This document shows, piece by piece, positions 38,536 through 49,000 of a DNA stretch of 64,000 bases (position 1 is its first letter; each line of letters starts with the position of its first letter). A model generated the notes under the pieces. It made no database searches, had not been told where the DNA came from, and saw only the letters and a list, made by a program, of their open reading frames with translations. Made by a program: the position numbers and the translations under genes. Source of the DNA: Candidatus Solibacter sp. (lineage in GTDB: Bacteria > Acidobacteriota > Terriglobia > Bryobacterales > Bryobacteraceae); contig JBBIQR010000002.1 in the NCBI GenBank assembly GCA_037442245.1, forward strand, positions 2,727-66,726, given 5' to 3'.

Positions 38536-40566
38536 CTACCGGCCTCCATTATCCGCGACCGTGTTGCCTGTAAGGTCCGCGCCGGTAGCGCCCGCGGCAT
38601 CGATGCCCTCTCCGCCGTTATTGCGGGCCACGTTTCCGCGCACCGCGATGCCGCGCGAACCGTCGAACAACCGTTCCACCACGATGCCGCCGGCGTCGTT
38701 GCCCTCCACCAGGTTGCCTTCCACCCGCACGTTCGCGCTCTCGGTGACACGGATGCCATAGAGCCGGTTGCGTGCGGCCTCGTTGTTTGCCACCGTGACG
38801 TCGCGGCTGAAACTGACGTCGATCCCGCTGCCCCACGGCGACCGGTCGAAGCGGCTTTCCCGCACCTCGGCGCCGTTCACTCGCGTGAGTTGCAGGTTGT
38901 GCTGCAAGCCGCGCCCCGGCACCACGCTCGATCCGCTCTCGCTGAAGTCGCATCCCACGATCGTCACCTGCGCCGCGCCGCGGATGGCCACCGCGTTGTG
39001 GGTCGCATTGCGCACGGTCACGTGCTCCATCCGCAGATTGCGCATCTCTCCCGCCCGCTGCGCGCTGAACCGCACGCCGCCCCGGACCGGAGCGTTCTGG
39101 CGGGACCGTACACGGCGGTCCTCATTGGGATCGGTGGGCAGTCGCGTTAACGGAGACACTTCCACAACAAAATCGCGCAAGGTGACGTCGTGCAGGTCGT
39201 CGCTCGCGTTGACGATCGCGATGCCGGCGTTCGCCGCCGGAGCTTTCGGGTCGAGGAACAGCACCGTCTCCCGCCCCGCTCCCGCCAGTGTGATGCCGCT
39301 CGGAATGCGCAGCGCCGCGGGGAGCGTGTACAGCCCTTTGGCCAGCACCACCCAGCCGCCGCCAGCCGCCGCGCGGCGGTCGATCGCCGTCTGAATGGAT
39401 TCGCCGGGCGCGACCGGCGTGGCGTCAGCGGGCACATGCCCACCCGGCGCGTCCAGGGCGCCCGCCGCCGTCTGGCCCGATGCCGAGGGTGCGGGCAATC
39501 TTCCAGCCGCCGTGGGCCCTTCCGCGCCGCGGTGCATGACCAGCGCCGTCCACCCCTGCTGGCGCGTCTGCTGAATCGCGCGTTCAGTGTAGGGCATGTC
39601 CAGACCTTTCACGAAGCGATAGTGCTGGTAGACCGGCTCGTAGATATCGCTCAAGCGCCCGCGCCCTGCCGGCGAAATCACGCCGAACGCCGGCACATCC
39701 TCTCCGGAAACATACTTCGCCGTATACTCGAAGCCGAGAGCGACGCGGTTATCCGCCGTGCTCCAAAGATCCACCCCCTGGTTCCACGCCACCACCGCCG
39801 CGCGCGCGAAATACCCAAGCCCGAGTTGCGCGTGCCCCTGGTCGCGTGCGTTCTCGTCGCACTGCCCGCCCGGATACAGGTACCTGGTGATTCCGCCGTT
39901 GCCGGGACCGCGCAGGAAGTGCTCGATGGCGCGATCGAAGATGGCGCGGTCGTCGCAGAAGATGCCGATCGAGAGCAGGCTGTCGATCATGGCCGCGTCC
40001 CAGTTGCCGTTGGCTTCGGGAAAGAAATCGCGCAGCAGGGGATAGTAGACGGTGAGCATCAGGCGTTCGAACTGCTTGACGCCCGCCGCGCCCCACCCGG
40101 AGTCCGTGGCGCGCAGGATCTCGGCGGCATTGCAGAGCGCCCCGCCGGTCCAGCCGGCCAGCAGTTTCGCGTCGTTGCCTTCGAAGTCCCACAGCACGGC
40201 GCTCCAGGCATCGAGGATCGCGATCGCTTTACGCGCGTGCGCCCGGTCCCCGGTCACGTACCATTGCAGCGCCTGGCTGTAAGCCGCCTGCGCGCTGCTG
40301 GAGAGGTCGCGATCGCCCTGGCTGGCGCGTCCGAAAGCGCCGCGCTCGATGTGGGTCACCGGTTTCGGCTCGAAGTCCATTGCGGAGTACGGCTGGCCTA
40401 GCAGGTTATCCCACGCCCGCTTCCACGGTTGATCGCCCGCCGCGATTCTGGCCTTCATGAAATCGAGGCCGGCGCGGGTTTGCAGGATCCCCGGGTGTAG
40501 GAACGGTTGCGCGGAGCATGCTCCCGCGGCGAGCGCAAGCAGCACGCAGAGTCTTTGGATCTTCAC
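38536..40566 (-). CDS. Secreted polysaccharide lyase (alginate-lyase-like N-domain) fused to right-handed parallel beta-helix domain
   Basis: Signal peptide MKIQRLCVLLALAAGACSA. Alpha/alpha-toroid alginate_lyase-like region (LDAWSAVLWDFEGNDAKLLAGWTG...). C-terminal PbH1 repeats (VANNEAARNRLYGIRVTESANVRVEGNLVEGNDAGGIVV...). Confidence 0.65.
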   Translation of the reverse strand: MKIQRLCVLLALAAGACSAQPFLHPGILQTRAGLDFMKARIAAGDQPWKRAWDNLLGQPYSAMDFEPKPVTHIERGAFGRASQGDRDLSSSAQAAYSQALQWYVTGDRAHARKAIAILDAWSAVLWDFEGNDAKLLAGWTGGALCNAAEILRATDSGWGAAGVKQFERLMLTVYYPLLRDFFPEANGNWDAAMIDSLLSIGIFCDDRAIFDRAIEHFLRGPGNGGITRYLYPGGQCDENARDQGHAQLGLGYFARAAVVAWNQGVDLWSTADNRVALGFEYTAKYVSGEDVPAFGVISPAGRGRLSDIYEPVYQHYRFVKGLDMPYTERAIQQTRQQGWTALVMHRGAEGPTAAGRLPAPSASGQTAAGALDAPGGHVPADATPVAPGESIQTAIDRRAAAGGGWVVLAKGLYTLPAALRIPSGITLAGAGRETVLFLDPKAPAANAGIAIVNASDDLHDVTLRDFVVEVSPLTRLPTDPNEDRRVRSRQNAPVRGGVRFSAQRAGEMRNLRMEHVTVRNATHNAVAIRGAAQVTIVGCDFSESGSSVVPGRGLQHNLQLTRVNGAEVRESRFDRSPWGSGIDVSFSRDVTVANNEAARNRLYGIRVTESANVRVEGNLVEGNDAGGIVVERLFDGSRGIAVRGNVARNNGGEGIDAAGATGADLTGNTVADNGGR

Positions 40567-40570
40567 CCCA

Positions 40571-41074
40571 CTATTTTGCCTTGGGCGGATACTTGTCGAA
40601 CGCCTTCTTCACCATGGCATCCAGTCTGCCCTGGATCTTGTTCGGATCGCTCTTCGCTTCGCGCGCGATCGCCCGCCACACCAGCGACCGCGTGCGCGGG
40701 TCGCGCAGATCGATGACCAGCGTGCCTTCGGTGTACGGCACCCGCACGACCCGCGTTCCCCATCCGCGCCACCCCGCCGGGTACCGCTCGACCTCCGTCC
40801 TCCGCGCGGCGCCCAGCGTGTAGCGGACGTTTAGATCGCTCGCGCCTGACTCGACAAAGACGAACCCTCTCGCCTCCATGCTCCTGCGAATATCGGCGTC
40901 GATCTGTTTTCGTACCAGTTCGCTGTTTAGCGCCGGATTCCTGCTGCTCAGTCTGCCGTCGCGGATCGCGAACGTGTGAAATCGCGTGAAGTCCGCGGAT
41001 GGGTCGAATTCGACGTCCACCTTCTGCGCGAAGGCTGCCGCCGCGGCGAGCAGGCCAATCAGGAGTAGCCTCAC
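40571..41074 (-). CDS. DUF4136-like exported protein
   Basis: GTG 41074. Signal VRLLLIGLLAAAAAFAQ. Pattern FDPSADFTRFHTFAI ... GTLVIDLRDPRTRSLVWRAIA, typical of DUF4136. The long upstream part of the track ORF is discounted. Confidence 0.6.
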   Translation of the reverse strand: MRLLLIGLLAAAAAFAQKVDVEFDPSADFTRFHTFAIRDGRLSSRNPALNSELVRKQIDADIRRSMEARGFVFVESGASDLNVRYTLGAARRTEVERYPAGWRGWGTRVVRVPYTEGTLVIDLRDPRTRSLVWRAIAREAKSDPNKIQGRLDAMVKKAFDKYPPKAK

Positions 41075-41197
41075 ATCCGGCGAATGTACCACACGCTCGC
41101 AACCCGTGCGCCGGGCGGGCCGGGACGCTCCGGCGCATGCCGCACAACCGCGCCCCTTGTGGTAATCTCGTAGCACCTGGAGGAGGGTAGACATAAC

Positions 41198-41746
41198 GTG
41201 ACCAGAAGAATGTGGATGCTGCTGGGCGCCGCGCTGCCCGCGTTGCCCGGCGGCCTTCGGGCACAGGCAGTCGCGCCGCCGAAGACGCAACTGAAAGAGG
41301 GCGATACGGCCCCGGACTTCACGCTCGGTTCGACGGCCGGCGGCAAGGTGACGTTGAGCGACTTCCGCGGTAAGAACACGGTGGTGCTGGCGTTCTTCCC
41401 GGCCGCTTTCACCGGTGGTTGAACGAAGGAATTCACGGCGTACCAGGCTGGTATCGCGAAATTCGAAAGCACCGACACGAAGGTTTTTGGAATCAGTACC
41501 GACAACACTCCGTCGCAACGGGAGTTTGCCGCAAAGAACGGGATTCAGGTTCCGCTGCTGAGCGATTTCGCCCAGCGCAAGGTCAGTAAAGAGTACGGCG
41601 TCCTCATCGAGGCGGCGGGGATTGCCAACCGCGCCACCTTCGTCGTCGATAAGGACGGGAAGATCGTCTACATCGAGCAGGGCAATTCGGCCATCGACCC
41701 CACGGGCGCCGAGACCGCCTGTAGCCGGTCCGCTCACAAGAAGTGA
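41198..41746 (+). CDS. Secreted peroxiredoxin (AhpC/TSA, AhpE/Bcp-like) with in-frame TGA (probable selenocysteine) at codon 75
   Basis: Signal peptide [24 protein letters not shown]. Sequence reads ...[20 protein letters not shown](41420-41422)[49 protein letters not shown]...[17 protein letters not shown]... The same frame stays open for 107 more codons to TGA 41744-41746. The TGA sits where the peroxidatic Cys is expected. A hairpin follows at 41429-41464. Confidence 0.7.
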
Positions 41747-41799
41747 GGCTCAGCGCCGGGCGGCGTCCTCGCGGCGTTCCCGGCGTTTTGCCGCGTGCC

Positions 41800-43497
41800 A
41801 TGCGCCGGGATGCGAGGAACCCTTTGCTGTGGATGCCGCTCGCGGCGCTCCTGGCCGCTCCGGTGGCCCTCCGCCCAGCCGATTCTCCCACCGCAAGCGC
41901 CGGTTCCTTCGTGGATGTGACCGGGCGCGCCGGCGTCCGCTTCGTCCACCAGGCGAGCCTCACGTCGCGCAAGTATCTGGTCGAATCGATGAGCGGCGGG
42001 GTGGCCGTGTTCGACTACAACGGCGACGGACTGCCCGACATCTACCTGGTGAACGGCGCGCAACTGCGCGACCCGATGCCCGCGGACGCGCGGCCCGGAA
42101 AGTCCGATCCGCGCTTCTGGAACCGGCTCTACCGCAATAACGGCGACGGCACGTTTAGCGATGTGACCGTGCAGGCCGGCGTACAAGGGAATGGCTACGG
42201 GATGGGAGTCGCCGCGGCCGACTTTGACAACGACGGCCACACCGACCTCTACGTCACCAGCTTTGGCGGCAACATCCTCTACCACAACAATGGGGACGGC
42301 ACGTTCAGCGATGTGACCGCTCAGGCGGGCGTCTCCGGCAGCGGTTGGTCCGCCGGCGCGCTCTTCATCGACTACGACAAGGATGGCCTGCTGGACCTCG
42401 TGGTCTCGCGTTACCTCAAGTGGGACTTCTCGAAGGACGTCTGGTGCGGCCTGCGCAAGCCCGGGTACCGTGCCTACTGCCACCCGGATCAATTCGAGCC
42501 GGTCACCCATCTTCTGTTTCACAACCTCGGGCACGGACGCTTCGAAGACGTCTCCGAACGGAGCGGTCTGGCGCGCTTTCCGGGCAAAGGTCTGGGCCTG
42601 GCGATGGCCGATTTCGACCGCGACGGCTGGCCCGATATCTTCATCGCCAACGACGCGGTCCCGCAGCAACTCTTCCGCAATCGCGGCGACGGCACCTTCG
42701 AGGAGGTGGCGCTGGCGCGGGGCGTGGCTTACGATTCCGACGGCCGCAGTTTCTCCGGCATGGGCACGGACTTCGCCGATTACGATAACGACGGCTGGCC
42801 CGACCTGTTCGCCAACGCGCTCGCCACACAGCGCTACGCCCTGTTTCACAACGTGAAGGGCTCCTTCGATTACGTCTCCGACTCGAGCGGCGTGGGCGGC
42901 GCCAGCATGCTGCATTCCGGCTGGGGCAGCCGCTTCTTCGATTTCGACAACGACGGCTGGAAGGACCTGTTCGTCGCGCAGGGCCACGTGATGGACAACA
43001 TCCAGCTCACCGAACCGCAACTCCGCTACCTGGAGCCGCCGCTGCTCCTGCGCAACGTCAAGGGGCGGTTTGCCGATGTGTCGGCGCAGGCGGGAGCGCC
43101 TTTCCGCATCCCGCGCGCGGCGCGCGGCGCGGCGTTCGGCGACCTGAACCGCGACGGGCGCGTGGATATCGTGATCAACTGCAACAATGCCGCGGCGGTG
43201 GTGCTGGAGAACCGCTTCGTCAACGCCAATCATTGGCTGATGGTGGATACGCAGGGCAGCCGCAGCAACCGCGACGGAATCGGCACGCTCATCCGGCTGG
43301 TGACCGCGTCGGGGCTGGAACAGTATGCGACCGTGACCAGCGGCGGCAGCTACCTCTCGTCGAACGATAAGCGGGTTCACTTCGGGCTGGGTCCGGAGAC
43401 CCGGGTGAAGCTTCTGGAACTGACGTGGCCCAGCGGGCAGGTGCAGCGGTTGCGCGACCTCGCGGCGGACCGCGTCCTTACCGTGCGCGAGCCTTGA
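41800..43497 (+). CDS. FG-GAP repeat / ASPIC-UnbV domain protein (CRTAC1-like), paralog 2
   Basis: Signal MRRDARNPLLWMPLAALLAAPVAL. Repeated DxDGDGxxD FG-GAP loops. UnbV_ASPIC C-terminus (NRDGIGTLIRL...GGSYLSSND...FGLG...LTWPSG). An alternative GTG start at 41743 overlaps the peroxiredoxin stop. Confidence 0.9.
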   Translation: MRRDARNPLLWMPLAALLAAPVALRPADSPTASAGSFVDVTGRAGVRFVHQASLTSRKYLVESMSGGVAVFDYNGDGLPDIYLVNGAQLRDPMPADARPGKSDPRFWNRLYRNNGDGTFSDVTVQAGVQGNGYGMGVAAADFDNDGHTDLYVTSFGGNILYHNNGDGTFSDVTAQAGVSGSGWSAGALFIDYDKDGLLDLVVSRYLKWDFSKDVWCGLRKPGYRAYCHPDQFEPVTHLLFHNLGHGRFEDVSERSGLARFPGKGLGLAMADFDRDGWPDIFIANDAVPQQLFRNRGDGTFEEVALARGVAYDSDGRSFSGMGTDFADYDNDGWPDLFANALATQRYALFHNVKGSFDYVSDSSGVGGASMLHSGWGSRFFDFDNDGWKDLFVAQGHVMDNIQLTEPQLRYLEPPLLLRNVKGRFADVSAQAGAPFRIPRAARGAAFGDLNRDGRVDIVINCNNAAAVVLENRFVNANHWLMVDTQGSRSNRDGIGTLIRLVTASGLEQYATVTSGGSYLSSNDKRVHFGLGPETRVKLLELTWPSGQVQRLRDLAADRVLTVREP

Positions 43498-46042
43498 GGC
43501 CGGCGAGCACCTGGAGCGCCTTTTCGATATCGGGGTCGCCGGGAGCGTCGTGTTGCGCGGCGCGCAGGTCGCGCTCGCCGTCCTCCAGGCGCCCGGCCTG
43601 GCACTCGGTGAGCGCCAGATTCTTGCGTAGAGTTGCCAGCGCGGAGCACGCACCGCAGACCTGGATGGCTTCGCGTAACTGGGCAATGGCCTGGTCCCAC
43701 TTGCCGGCTTGAGCCGCGGCGAGCGCGAAGTTGCTGAGGGTACGCGCGCGTTCGGTGAGGCCGCCCTGCGTCTGCAACTGCTCGATACGGGCGCGGTAGC
43801 GGGCCGCTTCGGCGGGATCGCTCTTCGATGACGCGCGCATCATGCTGTAAAGGGCCTGCTTGTGCTCCGGCTCGACGGCGAGCGCCTGCTTCCAGGCCTT
43901 CACCGCCTCCGTGTTCCGCCCGAGGCTTTGCTCGGATTGTCCGAGGAGGAACCACGCCTCGGCGTTGCGCGGATCGAGTGCGACGGCGCGTTGCAGCGCG
44001 GCAGCCGCGTCGCCGTAGCGGCTCAATTCTCTCTCGGCGATGCCCAACCGGTAGAAGGCATCTGCGCCCGAGGGATCCATGCGGCAAGCCGTCTGCAACT
44101 CGCCGAGAGCCTCGTCGTAGCGATGCAACTCCACCAGCATGCGTCCCTTGTTGTAGTGCGTGGCGGCGACGTTGCCCGCGAGCTTCACCGCTTCGGAGAA
44201 CTCGGCCAGAGCCGCCTCGCTCTGCTGCCTGTCGGCGAGCGCGATTCCCAGGTTGAGATGGGCCTCGGCCGATGCGGGGTCGAGAGCCGCGACTGTGCGG
44301 AACGTCTCCAGCGCCGCCCCATCGCCGGAGCGCGCCTCGACCATGCCGAGTGCGGTCAGCGCCTTGATATTCCGCGGCTCGGCGGCTACCGCGGCGTCGA
44401 GTTCCTTGCGCGCCGCCGCGAAATCGCCGCGCGCGGCCACGATCAGCGCCAGGTTGACCCGCGCCTGCGCGTAGTTCGGACTGTTCTCGATCGCCTGGCG
44501 GAACAGGCGTTCCGCGCCCGCCGCATCGCCGCGCTGTCCGTAGAGCACGCCCAGGTTGTTCTGGCACTCGGCGCACTGCGGATCGCTCACCAGCGCCGTG
44601 GTGAACTGCCGTTCGGCGTCCGCCGCGCGGCCCTGTTCCAGGTAGAGCAGTCCCAACTGGCTGCGCGCCGGCGCGAAGCCGGAATCGAGCGACGTGGATT
44701 TTTCGAGCGACGCCACGGCTCCAGCCGAATCCCGCACCTTCAGTTGCGCGAGCGCCAGGTTGTACCAGGTCTTCGCGTTGCCGGGTTCGAGCTTGAGCGC
44801 CTCCTGGTAACCCGCGATGGCCGCCTTCGGATCTCCCGTCACCAGAGCCTGATTGGCCTTGTTGGCGGTGGTGCCGGCGATGTTGTTCATCACGTCCTGG
44901 TGCTTGCGCTGTTCAAAGGCGGAGAGCTCCTTGCCGGCGAGTTCGGGTTGATTGAGGCGGCGCAGCACGTTCGCCAACTGAAACTGCGCCTCCTCGGAAT
45001 CCGGCTGCAGGCGGCGCGCGGTCTCCAGGTGCTCTCTGGCTTCGGCGTACCGGCCGAGCCGCGCCAGAACGAACCCGTAGTTGTATTGCGAGGGATAGAA
45101 GCCGGCGTCCTCCTTCACGGCCGCCGCCAGATCCAGCGCGGCTTTTTCGTAGTCGCCGGTACCGCGGTAAACGAGCCCGCGGAGGTAGCGCGCCTCTGCG
45201 TCGCGCGGCCGGCGCGCAAGGACTTCGTCGAGCGCCGGCAGAGCGTCGGTCTGCCGGTCGAGCGCGATCAGCGCCTTGGCCAGCGAGAGGCGGGTCACGT
45301 TGTCGGTGGGGTTGAGCTCGACCGCCTTACGGAAATGTTCGGTCGCATCTTCATAGCGCTTCTGGCGCGCGTAGAGGGTGCCCAGGTTGGATTCAGCCAG
45401 CGCCGGGCGCGGCAGCGCCGCCACCGCTCTGGTAAGAAGATCGATGGCGGCATCCGCCTGTCCGTTTTCGTAAAGAGCCTGTGCCAGCGATACCTGGTGA
45501 TCCGCGCTGCGCGGTTCGAGCGCTACGGCCTGCCGCAGATACGTGGCGGCCGCGGTATACCGCTTCTGCGCCGCGAGCAGGTCGCCCAGGTGCTGCAGCG
45601 CTGCCGCGGACCTCGCGTCGAGCCGGATCGCCTCGCGGTACTGCGCCTCCGCGCCCGCGGGATTGCCGCTATCCTCCAGCGCGATGCCCAGCGCCAGGTG
45701 CGCCGGCGGCGAAGCCGGGGATTGCGCGGCCAGCGTGCCGAGTTCGCGGACTGCGCGCTGCGCGTCGCCGCTCTGCAAGAGAGCCAGTCCCAGGTTGTAG
45801 CGCGCCTCCGCGAAGCGCGGGTCATCGCGCAAGGCCGCTTCAAACGCGGCAATCGCGCAGCGGTTGTTGTTCCGCTGCGCGTACCATGCGCCCAGACTGT
45901 TGGAGACGTCGGCGGAGCGTTTCCCGGCCGGCAATTCCTTCGGCGGATCGCATCCCGGTGGAACCTGCGCCGGAGCGGCCGCCGTGGAGACGAACAAAAG
46001 ACTGAGGGCCCGGAGGAATGAGGTGCGCACAACTTCCCGCAT
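43478..46042 (-). CDS. Large secreted TPR-repeat protein (854 aa)
   Basis: Signal peptide followed by more than 15 canonical TPR units (A..Y..A...P....A...LG......G....A). Lies 38 nt downstream of the TonB-dependent receptor gene on the same strand. Confidence 0.85.
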   Translation of the reverse strand: MREVVRTSFLRALSLLFVSTAAAPAQVPPGCDPPKELPAGKRSADVSNSLGAWYAQRNNNRCAIAAFEAALRDDPRFAEARYNLGLALLQSGDAQRAVRELGTLAAQSPASPPAHLALGIALEDSGNPAGAEAQYREAIRLDARSAAALQHLGDLLAAQKRYTAAATYLRQAVALEPRSADHQVSLAQALYENGQADAAIDLLTRAVAALPRPALAESNLGTLYARQKRYEDATEHFRKAVELNPTDNVTRLSLAKALIALDRQTDALPALDEVLARRPRDAEARYLRGLVYRGTGDYEKAALDLAAAVKEDAGFYPSQYNYGFVLARLGRYAEAREHLETARRLQPDSEEAQFQLANVLRRLNQPELAGKELSAFEQRKHQDVMNNIAGTTANKANQALVTGDPKAAIAGYQEALKLEPGNAKTWYNLALAQLKVRDSAGAVASLEKSTSLDSGFAPARSQLGLLYLEQGRAADAERQFTTALVSDPQCAECQNNLGVLYGQRGDAAGAERLFRQAIENSPNYAQARVNLALIVAARGDFAAARKELDAAVAAEPRNIKALTALGMVEARSGDGAALETFRTVAALDPASAEAHLNLGIALADRQQSEAALAEFSEAVKLAGNVAATHYNKGRMLVELHRYDEALGELQTACRMDPSGADAFYRLGIAERELSRYGDAAAALQRAVALDPRNAEAWFLLGQSEQSLGRNTEAVKAWKQALAVEPEHKQALYSMMRASSKSDPAEAARYRARIEQLQTQGGLTERARTLSNFALAAAQAGKWDQAIAQLREAIQVCGACSALATLRKNLALTECQAGRLEDGERDLRAAQHDAPGDPDIEKALQVLAGLKARAR

Positions 46043-46080
46043 TATCTCACGTCCCTATCCGGGCCCCTGTTGGAGCAGCT

Positions 46081-49000
46081 TCAGAAGATGATCTTCAGCC
46101 CGAATTGCAGCGAGCGGGGACCGGTCGCGGTACCGAAGATCTTTCCGAAGTTCGGGTCCAGCACGTTGCCGTTCGGCGATCCGAGAATCACCGTGTTCGG
46201 CGTGTTGAAGGACTCGGCGCGGAACTCGACCAGCTTGCCCTCCCGGATGGCGAACTGCCGGAAGACCGAGAGGTCCACGTTCCAGACCGCGGAGGAGCGC
46301 ATGGCGAACCTCCCCAGGTTGCCGAAAGTATACTGCGCCGGCGCGGCGAACGCGGCGGTGTTGAACCACTCTTGCGCGGTTGGACTGGAAAGCGTGGGAT
46401 TGCCGACGAGGTTGGCTCGCAGGTATCCCGTGTTCCCGGTGTTGGCCAGGTCGCCCGGCACCGTGATGTTATACGGCAGCCCGGAGCGGGCGGTGGTGAT
46501 CGTGTTGATTTGCCAGCCGCCGACGAGGGCGTTCGCCACCGGATTGCGGGTGTCGAACGTCTTGCCTTTGCCGAAGGGCAGCTCGTAGACCAGGTTCGCG
46601 CTGAGCACCTGCGTCAGGTCGAAGCCCGAGACGCTGCGGTCGCGGCCGAGGTTGTAGGGATCTTCCACCGACTGGCCTTCCACTCCGTACCAGCCCGAGG
46701 CGCCCATGTCGATGGACTTCGAGTAGGTGTAAGACACCTGATAGGCCAGTCCCTTGGCGAAGCGCTTGTTGAACTGGAACTGCAGCGAGTTGTAATTGCC
46801 GCGCCCGATGGTGCGGTCATAGTAGCTCGGGTGGATGTAGGGGAACGGCGCGCGGTCGGCGGGATTGCCCGGCCCCGGGGTCAGCGCGACGTTGTAGTAG
46901 CCACCCACGTCCAGACGGCGGCTGCCCGACCCGACGTAATCGATCGAAACCGTGGTCGTGGGGTTCAGCTCCTTGGCGATGCCGAAATTCCACTGCATCG
47001 AATACGGGTTCTTGCCGTAGGGATCGTAATACCACTGCACCTGGTTGAACGGCGTGGGCGCGGGGAAGAGTCCGCCGCCCGCGGCAAACGGGTTCAGCCC
47101 CGTCACCACCGGCGTCGCCGTACCCGGTATCGGGACGTTGAGGTTGTTGGCCAACTGCTGTCCGATGTCGGGCCAGTCGCCTTCGTAGTTCTGCGATGTC
47201 TGCGTGACCGCGGCCCAGTTGTCGTAGTAGATGCCGAAGCCGGCGCGCACCGCCATGGTTTCGCTCACGCGGTAGGCGAGCCCGATGCGCGGGCCCCAGT
47301 TGGTGGTCGTGTCGTGGTAGATCTTGCCGTTGGGCGAGACGATCACGTGCGCGGGAAGGGTGCCGTCGCCGGGGATGCAGGGCGCGTGCCCGCGCTGGCT
47401 GCACGGCGGCGGCAGTTGCTGGAGGATGTAGTTGCCGCTGTTGAAGTCGATGGAGCCGGTCTCGATGCCGCCGTTCTGTCCCACGGTATCGGGACGCCCG
47501 TAGGGTGGGATGAAGGTGCGGTCGTAGCGCAGCCCGAGGTTGATCGTCAGTCGCGGCGCGGCTTTCCACGAATCCTGGAAGTAGAAGCCCATCACGCCGC
47601 CCCAGCGCGTGGTTTCGTGGACGTTGCGCCGCCCGGCGCTATCCGGCACGTTGAGCAGGAACGAGGCCATCGAGTTTCCGGGGTTGAGATTGAGGTGCGC
47701 CGGGTCGGCCGTCTGCTGATACGCATACGAGACGCTGGCGCTGTTGTAGAGCGATTCGAAGGTGCTGCTGTTGAGTTCGCCGCCCCATCGCAGCGTGTGG
47801 CTGCCGATGGTCTTGGAGACGTTCGCCTTCCACTGGTGGACGTTGGTCTCGTTGGGATTCAGCGAAAGGCCGCTGCCCGGAATCGACGTGCTGTAACCGG
47901 CGATGCCGACGCTTGGCATCAGGTTGGCGCCGCCGATGAAGTTGCCTGCGAAATTGGGGGAGAAACCCAGGGTCCCGGCGGTTTGCCCCGCGTTCAGGCC
48001 GTTGTACACGGTCACGCTGTTGGTTTCCTGGTGCGAGCGGCCGAATTGAGCCTGCAGCATCAGGGTCGGGCTGAAGGTGTGCACCCAGCTTGCGCCGAAG
48101 TTCTGCCCGGGGTTGTCCTTGATGGTGTTGGTGACGACCGGGAGACCGCCCGATCCGGACGTGTCGTAGTAGAGAGCGCTGTAGCGGAACCAGAAGAAGT
48201 CTTTGGACCCGAGGTTCTGGTCGATGCGGGTGGTGAATTCGTTCTGGTGTTGCAGGAACGGCGTATTGTCCTCGGCGTTGAAGTTGCCGATGCCGACGTT
48301 GAACAACTGAGGCCGGACCTGCTTCACGAAGCTCACCAGCTGGGTGTTGATCAGATTCGCCGGAATCTGGTTGCCGGGGAACGGATCGCGCAAGAAGCCG
48401 CCGGGATTGTTCGGGTCCGGACGCGTGCTGAAAGGGTTGAACGCCTGTGCCTGTCCGCTGAGATCGCCGCTCAACTCCTGGTCGCTCGGCAGGTGCAGAT
48501 AGGAGTTCGCCGCCTGCGAGAACTGGAACCCTTCGTACGCGGCGAAGAAGAAGGTCTTGTTCTTACCGTTGTACAGTTTCGGGATCCACACGGGTCCGCC
48601 GGCGGCGATGCCGTACTGATTCTGGCGGAACGGGGTCACCGAATTCTGGAACGTGCTGCGCGCGTTGAACGCGTCGTTACGCAGGAACTCCCATGCCGAT
48701 CCATGGAGTTCGTTGGTGCCGGACTTGGTGGCGACGTTGACGATTCCGCCGAGAGCGCCGCCGAATTCAGCCAGATCGTTGTGACCGTTCACCTTGAATT
48801 CCTCGATCGCGTCCACGATCGGGGGCACGGCGTAGGTGCTGGAGAACGCACCCTGGTTGTTCAAGCCGTCGGTCATGAAGAAGTTGCTGCGATTGGTCTG
48901 TCCGTTGATGGACGGGAAGACGAAGGCCGTCCCCGACGCCACGTTACCGAATCCGCCCGCGTTCTGCGACACGCTCACCGGGGCGACGCCCGGCGACAGC

